Of a stretch of 64,000 nucleotides of DNA, positions 18,746-29,134 are shown one piece after another. The translations under genes and the position numbers were made by a program. This DNA comes from an uncultured virus (IMG/VR IMGVR_UViG_3300026136_000184) (lineage: Duplodnaviria; Heunggongvirae; Uroviricota; Caudoviricetes). The stretch's first letter is position 1. Every line of letters starts with the position of its first letter. The notes beneath the pieces are model-generated. The model saw nothing but the letters and a program-made list of their open reading frames with translations. It was not told where the DNA came from and made no database searches. The DNA lies in IMG/VR virus record IMGVR_UViG_3300026136_000184, positions 1-64,000 of that record, one strand, 5' to 3'.

Positions 18746-19439
18746 AAAATGTTACTTGATCGAACAATATAATATCATCTACAAAATGATCTTTTATCGT
18801 TTTCATATACCTAGGATTATTTTTAATTTGAAAATCAATCGTATTCCTAAGTGTTTTATGTGTTGTTCTCTCTGATGTATTATATGCAAAATCTCTAATA
18901 ATTACATCATTTATGGGTGAATGTAATTCTTTTTCTGCAAACCTTCTCATCGTGTCTTCAAAATTCTTATCTAATTTAAAGAATACACAATCTTTTGTAT
19001 CTAAGCCATCTAAATAATCAACTTGAGAACATGTGTGTCTGTCAAACTTTGCAACACCAAATATAAAATCTATCGTTTCTCTGTTTTGCAAGTTCCATCC
19101 TACCTCATGTCCTTTTTCTATAAACTTAGTGTGGTTAACTAAGAATTCTACAATGCCAGAACACCAACGTTCTACTGGATCTCGTAAAACAACTATATAT
19201 TTTTTAGGAGCCCGATGTTTATCAACGTCATTATAATTCCAAGGTTGATTTACCCACTTTAATTGTGCTAGGAACTCTGACATAAACGTTGATGCTACCT
19301 TGCCTATAGGGATATATGAATAGTGAGTCCCTACAATATCTTGGCACAATCCTTGACGCCTATAGACTCGTTGTACATTATCTCCCCGTTTCCAAAACTC
19401 GGGCTGTTCCCAGTGAGTGTTGCTACGTTGAATAATCAA
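18738..19439 (-). CDS. Sulfotransferase family 2-like protein
   Basis: 5'PSB-like IPIGKVAST, 3'PB-like LRDPVERWCSG, HTCSQ. Confidence 0.75.
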   Translation of the reverse strand: MIIQRSNTHWEQPEFWKRGDNVQRVYRRQGLCQDIVGTHYSYIPIGKVASTFMSEFLAQLKWVNQPWNYNDVDKHRAPKKYIVVLRDPVERWCSGIVEFLVNHTKFIEKGHEVGWNLQNRETIDFIFGVAKFDRHTCSQVDYLDGLDTKDCVFFKLDKNFEDTMRRFAEKELHSPINDVIIRDFAYNTSERTTHKTLRNTIDFQIKNNPRYMKTIKDHFVDDIILFDQVTFYE

Positions 19440-20174
19440 CTACTTGGCTTGTGCCGGCAAGAGATATTCGTAAACTGTGTAACCACTGTCTACTGTAATT
19501 TGAGCCGCACCCTGATCAGAAATACGTACAGTCTTGTCACCTGGCAAATCCATAATAGACAAGAATACTTTAACAGGCCACATCCATGATCTCGTAAGTT
19601 CTCCTGTTACAGTAGGTTGAAATACAAAGTTACCTGAGTGAGTTGAAGGATCACCAAAGAAGATTTTAAGATCGCCATCTTCTGTTTTTGTAGTGAAGTT
19701 TAATTCTTCAGCATTTGCTTGTGCCTGCATTTTCAAACGCATGATGCCCGCGACTGTCGGTTCAAATTCTACGTCCCATTGAGCACCTTTAAAAGTAACG
19801 TTTCTTACTTTTTCTTCGATAATTGCTTGTGACATTAAACGATAGTCGTTAACAAAGTCCCCTTGTTTCGTTGCAAAGTGAATTGCACTAGGTACTTCAT
19901 TACCATCTTTGTTTGCTTTTGTTACGGAGATTTCAGCACTGTCATCATTATAAACATCAAAACTAAGAATAGTTTTTAGTTTAGTCAGATTCGGCATACC
20001 AAATGTTCCGATAAAATCTGCAACAGGTGCTTTTACTTTGCCTGTTACAATGACAGATTTATCTTCTGCAATTGCGTGAATTTCAGTTTCTGTATCAGTT
20101 CCCACGATCTTTACTAGATCAATGATGCCTAGACTATGCGTGTAACCGATGATGTCTAATAAGTTATCTTTCAT
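19440..20174 (-). CDS. Probable DNA polymerase sliding clamp (gp45-like)
   Basis: 244 aa acidic protein directly after polB, with a clamp-like C-terminus (ITVDSG...YEYLLP). Confidence 0.6.
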   Translation of the reverse strand: MKDNLLDIIGYTHSLGIIDLVKIVGTDTETEIHAIAEDKSVIVTGKVKAPVADFIGTFGMPNLTKLKTILSFDVYNDDSAEISVTKANKDGNEVPSAIHFATKQGDFVNDYRLMSQAIIEEKVRNVTFKGAQWDVEFEPTVAGIMRLKMQAQANAEELNFTTKTEDGDLKIFFGDPSTHSGNFVFQPTVTGELTRSWMWPVKVFLSIMDLPGDKTVRISDQGAAQITVDSGYTVYEYLLPAQAK

Positions 20175-20213
20175 TTATACTCCTCGTAATGTATTTAGGT
20201 AGATATACTGTGT

Positions 20214-20242
20214 ATTATATCTGGATTTATTGTGTAAAGCAA
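20214..20242 (-). promoter_or_regulatory. Sigma70-type promoter
   Basis: TTGCTT-N17-TATAAT. Confidence 0.6.
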
Positions 20243-20260
20243 ATGTTTTGGACATGCGAT

Positions 20261-22975
20261 TTACCCGAAACTAAACAACTCATCAAATGTTGAATTAGTG
20301 TCTGTGTTTGCTCGTAAGTCCCATTTAAGAACTCCTAGCAAGTTACTGATCTTTTCATCTACTAAAGTAGACTCCATCAGATTATCATCGAATGGCAAAT
20401 CTTTGAACCATTCAGGAAGTCTAAGTTGATCTGTAGGATATGCAATACTCGTATAACCTAAAGCATTAGTTTTGAGTTTACATACTACTACTTTGAATCC
20501 ATCCATGATCTCCATTGAATAATTGTCATCATGTATTCTTTTAAGTGTGTTCCAATTCATTGCCGCTCTTACGTGACCCGGCATGTTTGCACGACCAGTC
20601 TTAGATTTCTTTTCTAGTTCAGTATAATATGTCAACTTGTTTACAGACTTGGGAGAACCTTTTGTCCAAGAATCCTGTTGACCTAATGATATCTTAAACT
20701 CTTTAATCTTTTCAATGATATCATCACGTTGTTTACCTGATAGTGTCATTTCTAAAACTTCCATTAAAAAGTCTTGCACATATGCAGGAGTATCTGCTCT
20801 CTTTAAGTCTAAGCCCATTGCTTTAACTTTCATCGCACCATCTTTGTCAGTACGTTTGTTTTCTGCATCATAGATATTGATTGCATATCTTTTCTTAGTA
20901 ATAAACAATCCTCTGTCACCACAGACTTCTCTACCACCTTTGATAATCATACCTTTCTCACGTGGGCAATGAAATGCTGTCTCCATAAAGCCCGGGAATG
21001 ATACGTTACATTGATCAGACATACTCTCGTACAAGTCAATAAACGTTTGCTTTTTGTCTTCTAACGACATGTCTGCTGGAAGATCATTTTTGAGCATGGG
21101 CCATGCACTAAAGTAACAAGAGTCTGTATCACCATAAATCATTGAGTCACCTGTGTGATCATACTTGCCAGTCATTATCTCATTGATAAATGCTGACATA
21201 TGTTTAGTGATAGAACGACCTGTAAGTGTTGTACTCTGTCCTATACGTTTATCATAGAATCGACAATGCTCATTCAAAAGTGCACCATATGCAGAGTTGA
21301 GCAAAATTTTACGAACTAACTGACGTTTGTCCCAATACTCAATATCTTCTTTTGTAGTTGCTTCTCTGAGTTTGCCTTGCATAATCTTACGATCAGAATA
21401 CCATTTAGACAACAGTCCAGGAATTACACCTTCGACATCTGATCTAAAGATTGTACCATTTGCACTAAGGATGTAAGGATTATTAGAATCATAAATCATC
21501 TTCCATGCTTGTGCGGCACTCATCTGTTCTTCTCTGCCATCTTCGTAATCAATCGTCAGCATTGTTCCGCGTTCCTGATTCTGAATAGCAGTATATTCTA
21601 GTGAACTAAACAGTCCTTCCCATAAGACGGGTCCTTCTACTGGAGCATCGCCCTCTTTATAACGAGGTTTTTTCTTAGCCAGTTCCAGTCCTTTCTCTTG
21701 CATATATTGTTCAGTAAGAGTCTGTCTGACTTGTCCTACGATAGTCTCCGGAGCCATGTTCAATGCACGAATCGTAGAAGGATATAGTGAATTGATATCA
21801 ACAGAGCCTATCCATTCATGCAATCCTTTCTTAGGATTCATTACATAAGCACCTGCCGCTTGACCTTCACTAATTGTATTGATGTTTTGTCTTATCTTGT
21901 TGGGGACTACCATACCACGTTCATGTGCTTCATTCATTACTGCCATTTCAATCATAGCAACTGAGCCCATAACAGTTGGAAGCAATACAGTATTCTCATG
22001 CGCCAGTTGATTAGCAAGTTCTAAGAACTGCAACTTATCATCTAGTTTCTTAAGCAGTAATGTATCCTGTCTGTTATATTCAATAAATGTTTTAAAGTCT
22101 TTGTTGTACAGTTGATCTAGTGACCCTTCATACTCAGTCTTCTTTTCACCAACTTCCATTTCACCAATTGCATCTAGTTTATAACTATGGCGAGATTCAT
22201 AGTTGTACTTCTTATAGAGTTGTAGATAGTCTAAGTGAATACGACCAACTAAGTCAAACGTTTCTTCTTCTTTACCAAATCGTTCATACTTACGTTTCTT
22301 AGGATACTGCCCTAACAGACAAAATCTACGTGTATCATCTTTAGACATCACACGTGTAACACGATTGACCATATACGGAATATCATATCCTTCTGAGTTC
22401 CAACCTGACAACACATCTGCATCTTCGATTAAAGAAAAGAATGCATCGAACAATTCTTTCTCTGTTCTGAACAACATAGTATCAGGGAACTCTGCGATTG
22501 CTTCTTGTGCAGTCTCATACGTCATATGCTTAGGGGGAACTGCAAGACATACTAACTGATCAAGCCAGTCTAAGTATAGACTAACAGCAGTCACAGGATT
22601 GAATGGATCACTTGGAGGAGAGAATCCTCTACTAGGATCAAAGTCTACCTCGATATCAAAGAAACACGTATGCAGTTTAGGGGCATCAACCTTCAGATAG
22701 TTTTCACTAAGGCATCTGAAGACGATCGGAATGTCTGCTTCAAACAGACGTTTCTTACCGTGTATGCGTTTCTCTTTCTCCCACTCTGCTTGTTTACGTG
22801 ACGAAAACTTTTTGACAGGCGTGCCATAAAGTGATCGATGTTTGCCCTTAGGATCTTCATAATACAGAACATAATTCGTAGGATATTCTTTAAACTCTCT
22901 AAGACCCTCAGGAGTACGTTCTACGACATGTATTCGTTCCGCAGACTTATCATGTATGGCATCGACATAACTCAT
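20261..22975 (-). CDS. Family B DNA polymerase (gp43-like)
   Basis: Exonuclease FDIEV, GWNSEGYDIPY, YNRQD; polymerase DINSLYPS, KILLNSAYG, YGDTDS, KKRY. Confidence 0.97.
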   Translation of the reverse strand: MSYVDAIHDKSAERIHVVERTPEGLREFKEYPTNYVLYYEDPKGKHRSLYGTPVKKFSSRKQAEWEKEKRIHGKKRLFEADIPIVFRCLSENYLKVDAPKLHTCFFDIEVDFDPSRGFSPPSDPFNPVTAVSLYLDWLDQLVCLAVPPKHMTYETAQEAIAEFPDTMLFRTEKELFDAFFSLIEDADVLSGWNSEGYDIPYMVNRVTRVMSKDDTRRFCLLGQYPKKRKYERFGKEEETFDLVGRIHLDYLQLYKKYNYESRHSYKLDAIGEMEVGEKKTEYEGSLDQLYNKDFKTFIEYNRQDTLLLKKLDDKLQFLELANQLAHENTVLLPTVMGSVAMIEMAVMNEAHERGMVVPNKIRQNINTISEGQAAGAYVMNPKKGLHEWIGSVDINSLYPSTIRALNMAPETIVGQVRQTLTEQYMQEKGLELAKKKPRYKEGDAPVEGPVLWEGLFSSLEYTAIQNQERGTMLTIDYEDGREEQMSAAQAWKMIYDSNNPYILSANGTIFRSDVEGVIPGLLSKWYSDRKIMQGKLREATTKEDIEYWDKRQLVRKILLNSAYGALLNEHCRFYDKRIGQSTTLTGRSITKHMSAFINEIMTGKYDHTGDSMIYGDTDSCYFSAWPMLKNDLPADMSLEDKKQTFIDLYESMSDQCNVSFPGFMETAFHCPREKGMIIKGGREVCGDRGLFITKKRYAINIYDAENKRTDKDGAMKVKAMGLDLKRADTPAYVQDFLMEVLEMTLSGKQRDDIIEKIKEFKISLGQQDSWTKGSPKSVNKLTYYTELEKKSKTGRANMPGHVRAAMNWNTLKRIHDDNYSMEIMDGFKVVVCKLKTNALGYTSIAYPTDQLRLPEWFKDLPFDDNLMESTLVDEKISNLLGVLKWDLRANTDTNSTFDELFSFG

Positions 22976-23598
22976 AGTGCTATTATACTATAAAGTTGTT
23001 CTGATTGCAACAGATGAGTCTTAATTCCTGGGTGTTCTTTGTCCAAAGCATAATCCTTAAATGTTAATTTGATATGATCTATAAAGTTTTGCATTTCGAT
23101 CAAGTTAGGTTTTGTTTCTTGTGCGATTTCTGGCACATTGAGAAACGAATAATTTTTTATATTTTTAGAGTTTAATATCATTTCTGCATGTTGTATGGCT
23201 AACCAATTATTCCAGAACTTTTGTTCTTCACTTGTTTCACCTAACATAACTTTATTAATTTCTATTCTATGATGTAGTTCTTTAGACTTTGATGTTATCT
23301 GAAAGCCTGCATCAATCTTATCAGTCATTAGGTAATTTTCATATCTATCAAAATATGAATATCCTATTACAACTAAATCATCTTGTTTAAACTCGGTTCG
23401 TAAAATATCTAGTAAAATTTGATAATTGCCTGAACCACATGCAGATAAATTTAAACACTCGTAATCTAATTTTTCTGCTAGTAGATTTGGCCAAGCAAAC
23501 TTACTAGGTGAATCACCAGGACGTCCATCTCCTATATAACAGTCAGGTAAACTGTGACCATATGTAAATGAACATCCAAACGTGACTAGTCTTGGCAT
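22972..23598 (-). CDS. SGNH/GDSL-like protein
   Basis: FGCSFTYG, WPNLLA, GSGN, DKEHPG...H. Confidence 0.65.
   Translation of the reverse strand: MPRLVTFGCSFTYGHSLPDCYIGDGRPGDSPSKFAWPNLLAEKLDYECLNLSACGSGNYQILLDILRTEFKQDDLVVIGYSYFDRYENYLMTDKIDAGFQITSKSKELHHRIEINKVMLGETSEEQKFWNNWLAIQHAEMILNSKNIKNYSFLNVPEIAQETKPNLIEMQNFIDHIKLTFKDYALDKEHPGIKTHLLQSEQLYSIIAL
22982..23010 (-). promoter_or_regulatory. Sigma70-type promoter, likely leaderless polB mRNA
   Basis: TTGCAA-N17-TATAAT, ATG 6 nt downstream, no SD. Confidence 0.65.
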
Positions 23599-23858
23599 TA
23601 AAGAGTTCTGCCAACAGTCTCCAAGATATCATTCAGTTGTTCGTGGTCAGCATTTGTGTCTGTTAGATTGCTTTTGTATGCAATTCTAATTGCTTTCTTA
23701 AGAATAGAAGGCTTGATTTCAAGTTCTTCTGCAATTGCTTTTACAGTATCAGTTAGACCGCCGTTAAGTGTTTCGATCTCTTGCATTACTGCCATGCCTT
23801 CGTTTACAAGTTGCTTCATTTTAGTAACTTGCTCTGGGTTAAAGTATTTACCTGCCAT
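23598..23858 (-). CDS. Small helical protein, probably DNA-binding (T4 DsbA-like size and pattern)
   Basis: 86 aa, AEELEIKPSILKKAIRIAYK; GGAG RBS. Confidence 0.55.
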   Translation of the reverse strand: MAGKYFNPEQVTKMKQLVNEGMAVMQEIETLNGGLTDTVKAIAEELEIKPSILKKAIRIAYKSNLTDTNADHEQLNDILETVGRTL

Positions 23859-23893
23859 TATTATCTCCTATGATTATGTAAATCTATGCATAT

Positions 23894-23922
23894 ATTATAC
23901 AGAATAACCTGTATATTGTCAA
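23894..23922 (-). promoter_or_regulatory. Consensus sigma70 promoter
   Basis: TTGACA-N17-TATAAT. Confidence 0.8.
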
Positions 23923-23930
23923 GGGTATAT

Positions 23931-24731
23931 TTACCCGTTTCTGTCATCATCGTTTTGTTGGATGACATTTTCTAATAGAGTGAGTGGTGCTCCCTCTAGT
24001 TTAGAATAATATAACAATGCTTTTGTATCTTTTGGAAAACAGTGTCCTCCAAAACCAAACATACCATCTGGTCCTGGGACTTGCATATGACTGTCTCCTA
24101 TTCTTGGATCACGTTTTACCATATCAGTAAACTGTTCCCATGTAGTTTCTGCATTGCTTGATTGGTGCAAATGAAATAATTCATTAAAGAATGATACTTT
24201 CGTTGCTAACCAACTGTTAATTGTGTATTTGATTAGACTTGCTGTTGTGAAGTCTGTTTTGAATGTGGGTACGATTTTGACTTGACTATGATGAATGTAT
24301 GCTTGTTCTACTTCGATGCAGTCTTGTAACTCTCCACCTAGTATTTGCATATTTGGATTGATAAAGTCTTCTAAACTGTTTGCTTCAGTTAAGAACTCAG
24401 GGTTGTATACGAGTCGCAATCCACTAAAAAGTTTCTTAAACTGCGTTAGATGATTGGGAGTGATAGTAGATTTAACTACTACAACGTTTGCATAGTCTGT
24501 AAATCCAATGTTGAGTAATACTTCACGTACTATGTGAGTATCTACGTCTAAATGTGATTCTTGTTGTGGTGTGGGTACACAGACAAATATCATGTCTGGA
24601 TTCCATTCTACTAAATCTTTGATTGTGTGCGAATTGATTGCTGGGTCAACGATAAATTGTTCTGTATCATTAGTAAAGCCATTGCTGACTGCGGAGCCAA
24701 CAAACCCTTTACCGATTATGCCTAACTTCAT
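23931..24731 (-). CDS. ugd: UDP-glucose/GDP-mannose dehydrogenase (short form)
   Basis: GKGFVG, CVPTP, KSTI, NPEFL, GFGGHCFPKD. Confidence 0.88.
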   Translation of the reverse strand: MKLGIIGKGFVGSAVSNGFTNDTEQFIVDPAINSHTIKDLVEWNPDMIFVCVPTPQQESHLDVDTHIVREVLLNIGFTDYANVVVVKSTITPNHLTQFKKLFSGLRLVYNPEFLTEANSLEDFINPNMQILGGELQDCIEVEQAYIHHSQVKIVPTFKTDFTTASLIKYTINSWLATKVSFFNELFHLHQSSNAETTWEQFTDMVKRDPRIGDSHMQVPGPDGMFGFGGHCFPKDTKALLYYSKLEGAPLTLLENVIQQNDDDRNG

Positions 24732-24949
24732 ACTTCGCCTTTAATTTTTGCTACAAGATATTCTTGTTCGTAGTTTGGGTCACCATGATAGACTGGAGCC
24801 TTAGCAATTGCTTGATCTACTCTCATTTTGATCTGCCAGAGTTTCTTTTTCATGTCTGAACCCGTGTAACCACAGTTCCTTTCATTCAACATTTCATACT
24901 CTAGTTCCCAAATGATATGTAGTGCTTTTTCAACTTCAGGTAATATCAT
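24728..24949 (-). CDS. Hypothetical protein (paralogue of 10824..11060)
   Basis: Start reassigned to ATG 24949, 7 nt after TTGACT-N17-TACAAT (24957-24985). Confidence 0.6.
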   Translation of the reverse strand: MILPEVEKALHIIWELEYEMLNERNCGYTGSDMKKKLWQIKMRVDQAIAKAPVYHGDPNYEQEYLVAKIKGEV

Positions 24950-25025
24950 GTGTTCTATTGTAATATTTAATACGATTAGAGTCAAGCAAAACATTTCCCA
25001 AAAGCAATTATTGATAAATAATAGT

Positions 25026-25565
25026 ATGAGAGCCTATCAATTTATCAACGAAACACCGCTTAAAGACTTGGAAAATAGACTTCCCAAGATTAAGAGTGAT
25101 CAATATAACGTAGACGAAAAAGGTAAAATTTACCGCGACGCCAAGCAGGCTGCCAAACAAGCACACAAGGCAAGAGAAGAATTAACTGCATCTGATCAAA
25201 TGTTTGATGATGGCTTAAACATTGAAGATGAAGTAACAAAAGCCGCACATTGGATGGGTGACGTTTTAAAAGTTGAAAACATGCCTAAAGTTAAGTTAAG
25301 TTATGATACGCAAGAGGCACAAGATGGGCATCACACAGGTAGACATGAACTCGGTTCTGATGAGATTTGGGTCTATGGCAACAGAAACTTAGTTGATATT
25401 CTTAGAACAGTATTCCATGAACTAGTTCATATTCGACAAGGAGAAAAAGGTCTAATCACACCTAATTCAAGTTACCCAGGATCTCCTATAGAATCAGAAG
25501 CAGATGAAATTGCTGGTAAGTATATCAAAATATATGGTGAGCAAAATCATCACATTTTTCAATAA
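25026..25565 (+). CDS. HExxH zinc metallopeptidase-like protein with cargo-type N-terminus
   Basis: MRAYQFINE start 5 nt after GATAAATA (25013-25020); LRTVFHELVH...ESEAD. Confidence 0.75.
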   Translation: MRAYQFINETPLKDLENRLPKIKSDQYNVDEKGKIYRDAKQAAKQAHKAREELTASDQMFDDGLNIEDEVTKAAHWMGDVLKVENMPKVKLSYDTQEAQDGHHTGRHELGSDEIWVYGNRNLVDILRTVFHELVHIRQGEKGLITPNSSYPGSPIESEADEIAGKYIKIYGEQNHHIFQ

Positions 25566-25770
25566 ACTCCGAAACAAATTTACAGAACATCCGCACTCTT
25601 TGGGTGAAACATACACGGAACACTTAAGTTGTGCATTGTACTATGGTGTAAGTATGTTATTAACAGGCTTTGCTGTTATCATACATGCGTTCTTTCCGTT
25701 CTTGTTTGTAACAACTGGTAGTGATCTTGCAAAAGAAATCTGCAAGGATGTCAACAAAAGAGAGTTATAA
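25504..25770 (+). CDS. DUF6356-like small membrane protein
   Basis: FTEHPHSLGETYTEHL..A, IHAFFPFLF. Confidence 0.65.
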   Translation: MKLLVSISKYMVSKIITFFNKLRNKFTEHPHSLGETYTEHLSCALYYGVSMLLTGFAVIIHAFFPFLFVTTGSDLAKEICKDVNKREL

Positions 25771-26436
25771 CTCTCCCTTTCGTAATAATCGTATAAAATC
25801 TTTAGACTTTTGAGTACGTACTCCAGTAACTTGTAAAGTAATACGAGGGTGATGACCTGCGTTTGCAGTAGAGTGGGGCACGTCTTGCCATCTAAACGTA
25901 GTTACATCTCCTGCTTTCCAATGTTCAAAAGTATAGTTACCATAACTAAACCATTGACCAGGTCTCCAATCAGATAATTGAATCATGTATCTTTCTACAG
26001 TACTTGGATCTTCAAAGTTCCATTTCTCTAATTTATCCATGTGTAAGTTCCATACTTGACCTGGATTCTGTACATGAATTCTAGTCATCATATCATCTAA
26101 ACCAAACTGATCTGCAATTGCTTGTATGCTTGGTGGCACTTCCCAGTTAAGATTACTGACAACATAGTCGATACCATAACCTGTCTTTTCTAAGTCATAA
26201 TCTTCAGTCTTAAATTCATCTTCTCCTCTGACTTTAGATTCTTTTTTAGGGTTGCCTCTCGTACGCCATGTTGCTTCTTTAGACTCTGCTACAACTTTGT
26301 CTAATTCTTCTTGTGTGATGCTACTCAAATCAATTACGCCTACTCTATCGACTGTATCATAGAGAGGATGCATCAAATCAGGGTCAAAGTGATAATTGCT
26401 TCTTTGTTTTAATTGTTCCCAACTGCTTTGTGTCAT
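25765..26436 (-). CDS. Cupin/2OG-Fe(II) oxygenase-like protein
   Basis: QNPGQVWNLHMD (HxD), WKAGD, PHSTANAG..PR.TLQVTG. Confidence 0.7.
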   Translation of the reverse strand: MTQSSWEQLKQRSNYHFDPDLMHPLYDTVDRVGVIDLSSITQEELDKVVAESKEATWRTRGNPKKESKVRGEDEFKTEDYDLEKTGYGIDYVVSNLNWEVPPSIQAIADQFGLDDMMTRIHVQNPGQVWNLHMDKLEKWNFEDPSTVERYMIQLSDWRPGQWFSYGNYTFEHWKAGDVTTFRWQDVPHSTANAGHHPRITLQVTGVRTQKSKDFIRLLRKGEL

Positions 26437-27053
26437 ATGACTTTTATTCCAATATCTTTTAGATTGTAGTCTTGTTGATATTCTTCTGGTGGCCTATTGA
26501 TTTTTAATATATCTGCTAAATCTATATTATTTTTAGGACTAATGCCACCATATCTTTTCCATGCATTGACGATATCTCTATTTTGATCGTCTACAATCTT
26601 ACTCATTTCTCTTAAGTTCACATAATATTTATGATAGAGAGGGTATGTAATATCAAAGTGTCCACATCTTACCCACCAACCCAAACATGCATCATTATCT
26701 CTATGAACTAAAACGATAGGGCAGTCTGGCCAGTTGTCTTTTAGAAAATCTATGTGATGTGCGAACACATGACTCTTAATAATACGCACACCTTCGCCTG
26801 AAAAAGGTCTATCAAACTCTGCTTCACATTCTTCTTTTGTATACTTGTTAATATCACCGAAGAAATCTCCGAACTCCATACCTGGATCAAAGTATGCACC
26901 GATATGCATTAAGTCTAGTTGCCCACTAGCATCATGCCAGTATTCTCTTTCTTCACTAGCATCAGTTTGATCTATAGAATCACTGTAGTAAATGTTTTTA
27001 CAAACACTACTCCATTTAGATCCAGGTGCTCCTGCTACAAAAATATATTTCAT
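26433..27053 (-). CDS. P-loop sulfotransferase-like protein
   Basis: IFVAGAPGSKWS, RIIKSH, IVLVHRD. Confidence 0.6.
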   Translation of the reverse strand: MKYIFVAGAPGSKWSSVCKNIYYSDSIDQTDASEEREYWHDASGQLDLMHIGAYFDPGMEFGDFFGDINKYTKEECEAEFDRPFSGEGVRIIKSHVFAHHIDFLKDNWPDCPIVLVHRDNDACLGWWVRCGHFDITYPLYHKYYVNLREMSKIVDDQNRDIVNAWKRYGGISPKNNIDLADILKINRPPEEYQQDYNLKDIGIKVI

Positions 27054-27715
27054 ACGTTTCTTTCTTCCTTAGTTCTAATACCGTCCCACACTTCTTTGTC
27101 AAGCCAATGTTCGTCTACATATTTGACATATTTGTGATTAGCATCTTCCCAAATAAATTTCATTATATCTGGATTGTCATATGCAACTGGAAAGTCTAAA
27201 ACTTTACTTACATATCTTAGATAATAAGCCTTATGTAAAAAGAATGCTTCATGGTCTAAGAAATGCACATTATAGTCTAACAGATTTGTATAGTAATAGT
27301 CAAGTGCTATTGGAAGTGTTACTTCTTTTCTAACTCTTTTCTGTTGTTCTACGTTTATATTCTTATCTCTTACGATTATACCTATCGTAACATCAATACC
27401 TAGTTTAATACATTCGTCTGCAAACTCTTTTATCTTGGGTACATAACGTGTGCCGTCATACATAAATGGACAACTGACATTTGCTACCCAATAATCATGC
27501 TCACTAAAGTCAAAGTCTTTTAAACGTTCTGGATAAACCCAATACTCAGCAAATGTTTCTTCGTCACTAGGTATCCAGTACTTGTCATTTAATTCTTTCC
27601 AACCACCTACTTTATCATGTAGACTAAACAGTCTACTGAATAAATGATTACCAGACCCTTGCGGACCTGTAATGATTAAGATTTTCTTATTTGTGGTATC
27701 TTTGCTGTCCGACAT
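27050..27715 (-). CDS. P-loop sulfotransferase-like protein
   Basis: IITGPQGSGNHL, IIVRDK. Confidence 0.6.
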   Translation of the reverse strand: MSDSKDTTNKKILIITGPQGSGNHLFSRLFSLHDKVGGWKELNDKYWIPSDEETFAEYWVYPERLKDFDFSEHDYWVANVSCPFMYDGTRYVPKIKEFADECIKLGIDVTIGIIVRDKNINVEQQKRVRKEVTLPIALDYYYTNLLDYNVHFLDHEAFFLHKAYYLRYVSKVLDFPVAYDNPDIMKFIWEDANHKYVKYVDEHWLDKEVWDGIRTKEERNV

Positions 27716-28358
27716 ATGTTCTAATCTTTAATGGGTTAACTTCATCTGTAGGGCCTGTACCACTGTCTGGTGCCCATACAAACACGATGACATCTTCATC
27801 TTTGTCACAGATAAAGTTATGCAAACAATTTCTACGCATAAAAAATACTTCACCTTCATTGACATCATAGAATTCTTTATTGTCTAATTCTATCTTACCG
27901 TTGCCCTTGACTACTAATCCAACTCTGTGAGAAGGATGAGTGTGTAATGTCTGATACATGCCTGCAGGAAAATGCACATAGTTAATAACAGGATCACCTA
28001 ATCTACCTGGATTGATTGCTGTAGTGTTTGTACCGCCGTCCATATAACTTAAGTTGCCTATGTCTAAGCATTCTTGTATAAAGATACGACTTTCTAATAA
28101 ACTAAGTCCTGGAAACTCAACGATACAAGCAGAACTATCTTCATTACAAGATATTGTAAAGTTGTCTCCTGTATTGACACATGCATTTTTCTTTGTTAAT
28201 GTAATGTTATTGCTTTCAAAATTAGCATTTCTTAACATAACATATGCCATGCCAATCGGATTATACGTTTTAACTTCATTGGCTTCTAATTTAATGATCG
28301 ACATGTTGTAACGATCTTTTATATCTAATGTTCCAAAAACATTTACCATTCCTTTCAT
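27687..28358 (-). CDS. Cupin-domain protein
   Basis: QTLHTHPSHRVGLVVKGNG, GEVFFM...HNF. Confidence 0.8.
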   Translation of the reverse strand: MKGMVNVFGTLDIKDRYNMSIIKLEANEVKTYNPIGMAYVMLRNANFESNNITLTKKNACVNTGDNFTISCNEDSSACIVEFPGLSLLESRIFIQECLDIGNLSYMDGGTNTTAINPGRLGDPVINYVHFPAGMYQTLHTHPSHRVGLVVKGNGKIELDNKEFYDVNEGEVFFMRRNCLHNFICDKDEDVIVFVWAPDSGTGPTDEVNPLKIRTYVGQQRYHK

Positions 28359-29134
28359 TCTAGTACTCCGTCTCGTCTCATTTGTTCACGTATTTTAGTT
28401 GCACTTATGTTATGTATTTCACGTTCAAACGTTTCTTGTTCAATCTTGTAACCTACATCTCTACCATAAGTAATGTTTAATAAGTTCGGTACAACTGATA
28501 TTTTTACTTTACCTGCATATTTGTATAAGACTTGTTGTAAATTCTCTGCAACTTCATATGCTGGGAAAGGATTGTTAATATCTATGGGCATATCTCTTAC
28601 CATTAAAAAAACTTGCCCGTGTTTTGCTATTGCTCTGTCAAATAATGCTTGATGCCCACCGTGCCATGGTTGCCATCTACCTAGCATTTGTGTTGTTGGC
28701 GCAGTATTATCCCATATGAATCTTTGCCCTATTTCATATGCAATAATTTTTGCATCTACATCACCACGTTTTTCGTGTATATTGTAGTCTGATACACAAG
28801 GTCTTTGAAACATATTATTAGTGTCTTCGTATTCACTTTCTTTTATAGTGTCTACAAATATTTCGTAGTCTGCAAAAAATTCATTTCTTGCATCTGTAAG
28901 CGGTGCAACAAAATCTGCTATTGCTATTTTACCATCGTCTTCTGCTTTTGTACACAGGTCAATCATACGTTGATTCTGTCTTAATCTACCTTCTTCAGAA
29001 AAGTCCCAATCGTCTGCTTCTTCTCTGACTTTATCTGCGTTGAACCAAGCAACTTTGTCGCCTAAGTATGCAACTAGTCGTTCTGCTAAATATGTTTTAC
29101 CACTTCCGGGCAATCCAAATATTAATACTCTCAT
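28355..29134 (-). CDS. APS-kinase (CysC)-like domain fused to HxGH nucleotidyltransferase
   Basis: GLPGSGKT, NADKVR...DFSEEGR.RQ; GRWQPWHGGH, YGRDVGY, ISATKIR. Confidence 0.8.
   Translation of the reverse strand: MRVLIFGLPGSGKTYLAERLVAYLGDKVAWFNADKVREEADDWDFSEEGRLRQNQRMIDLCTKAEDDGKIAIADFVAPLTDARNEFFADYEIFVDTIKESEYEDTNNMFQRPCVSDYNIHEKRGDVDAKIIAYEIGQRFIWDNTAPTTQMLGRWQPWHGGHQALFDRAIAKHGQVFLMVRDMPIDINNPFPAYEVAENLQQVLYKYAGKVKISVVPNLLNITYGRDVGYKIEQETFEREIHNISATKIREQMRRDGVLE

Noticed and set aside
20261..22975. Intein or intron in the DNA polymerase
   Set aside because: 904 aa with all motifs in order; no splice-junction or homing endonuclease motifs.
24912..25025. N-terminal extension of the 217 aa ORF given in the track
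   Set aside because: It overlaps a divergent promoter and gene; the late box and MRAYQFINE tag place the start at 25026.
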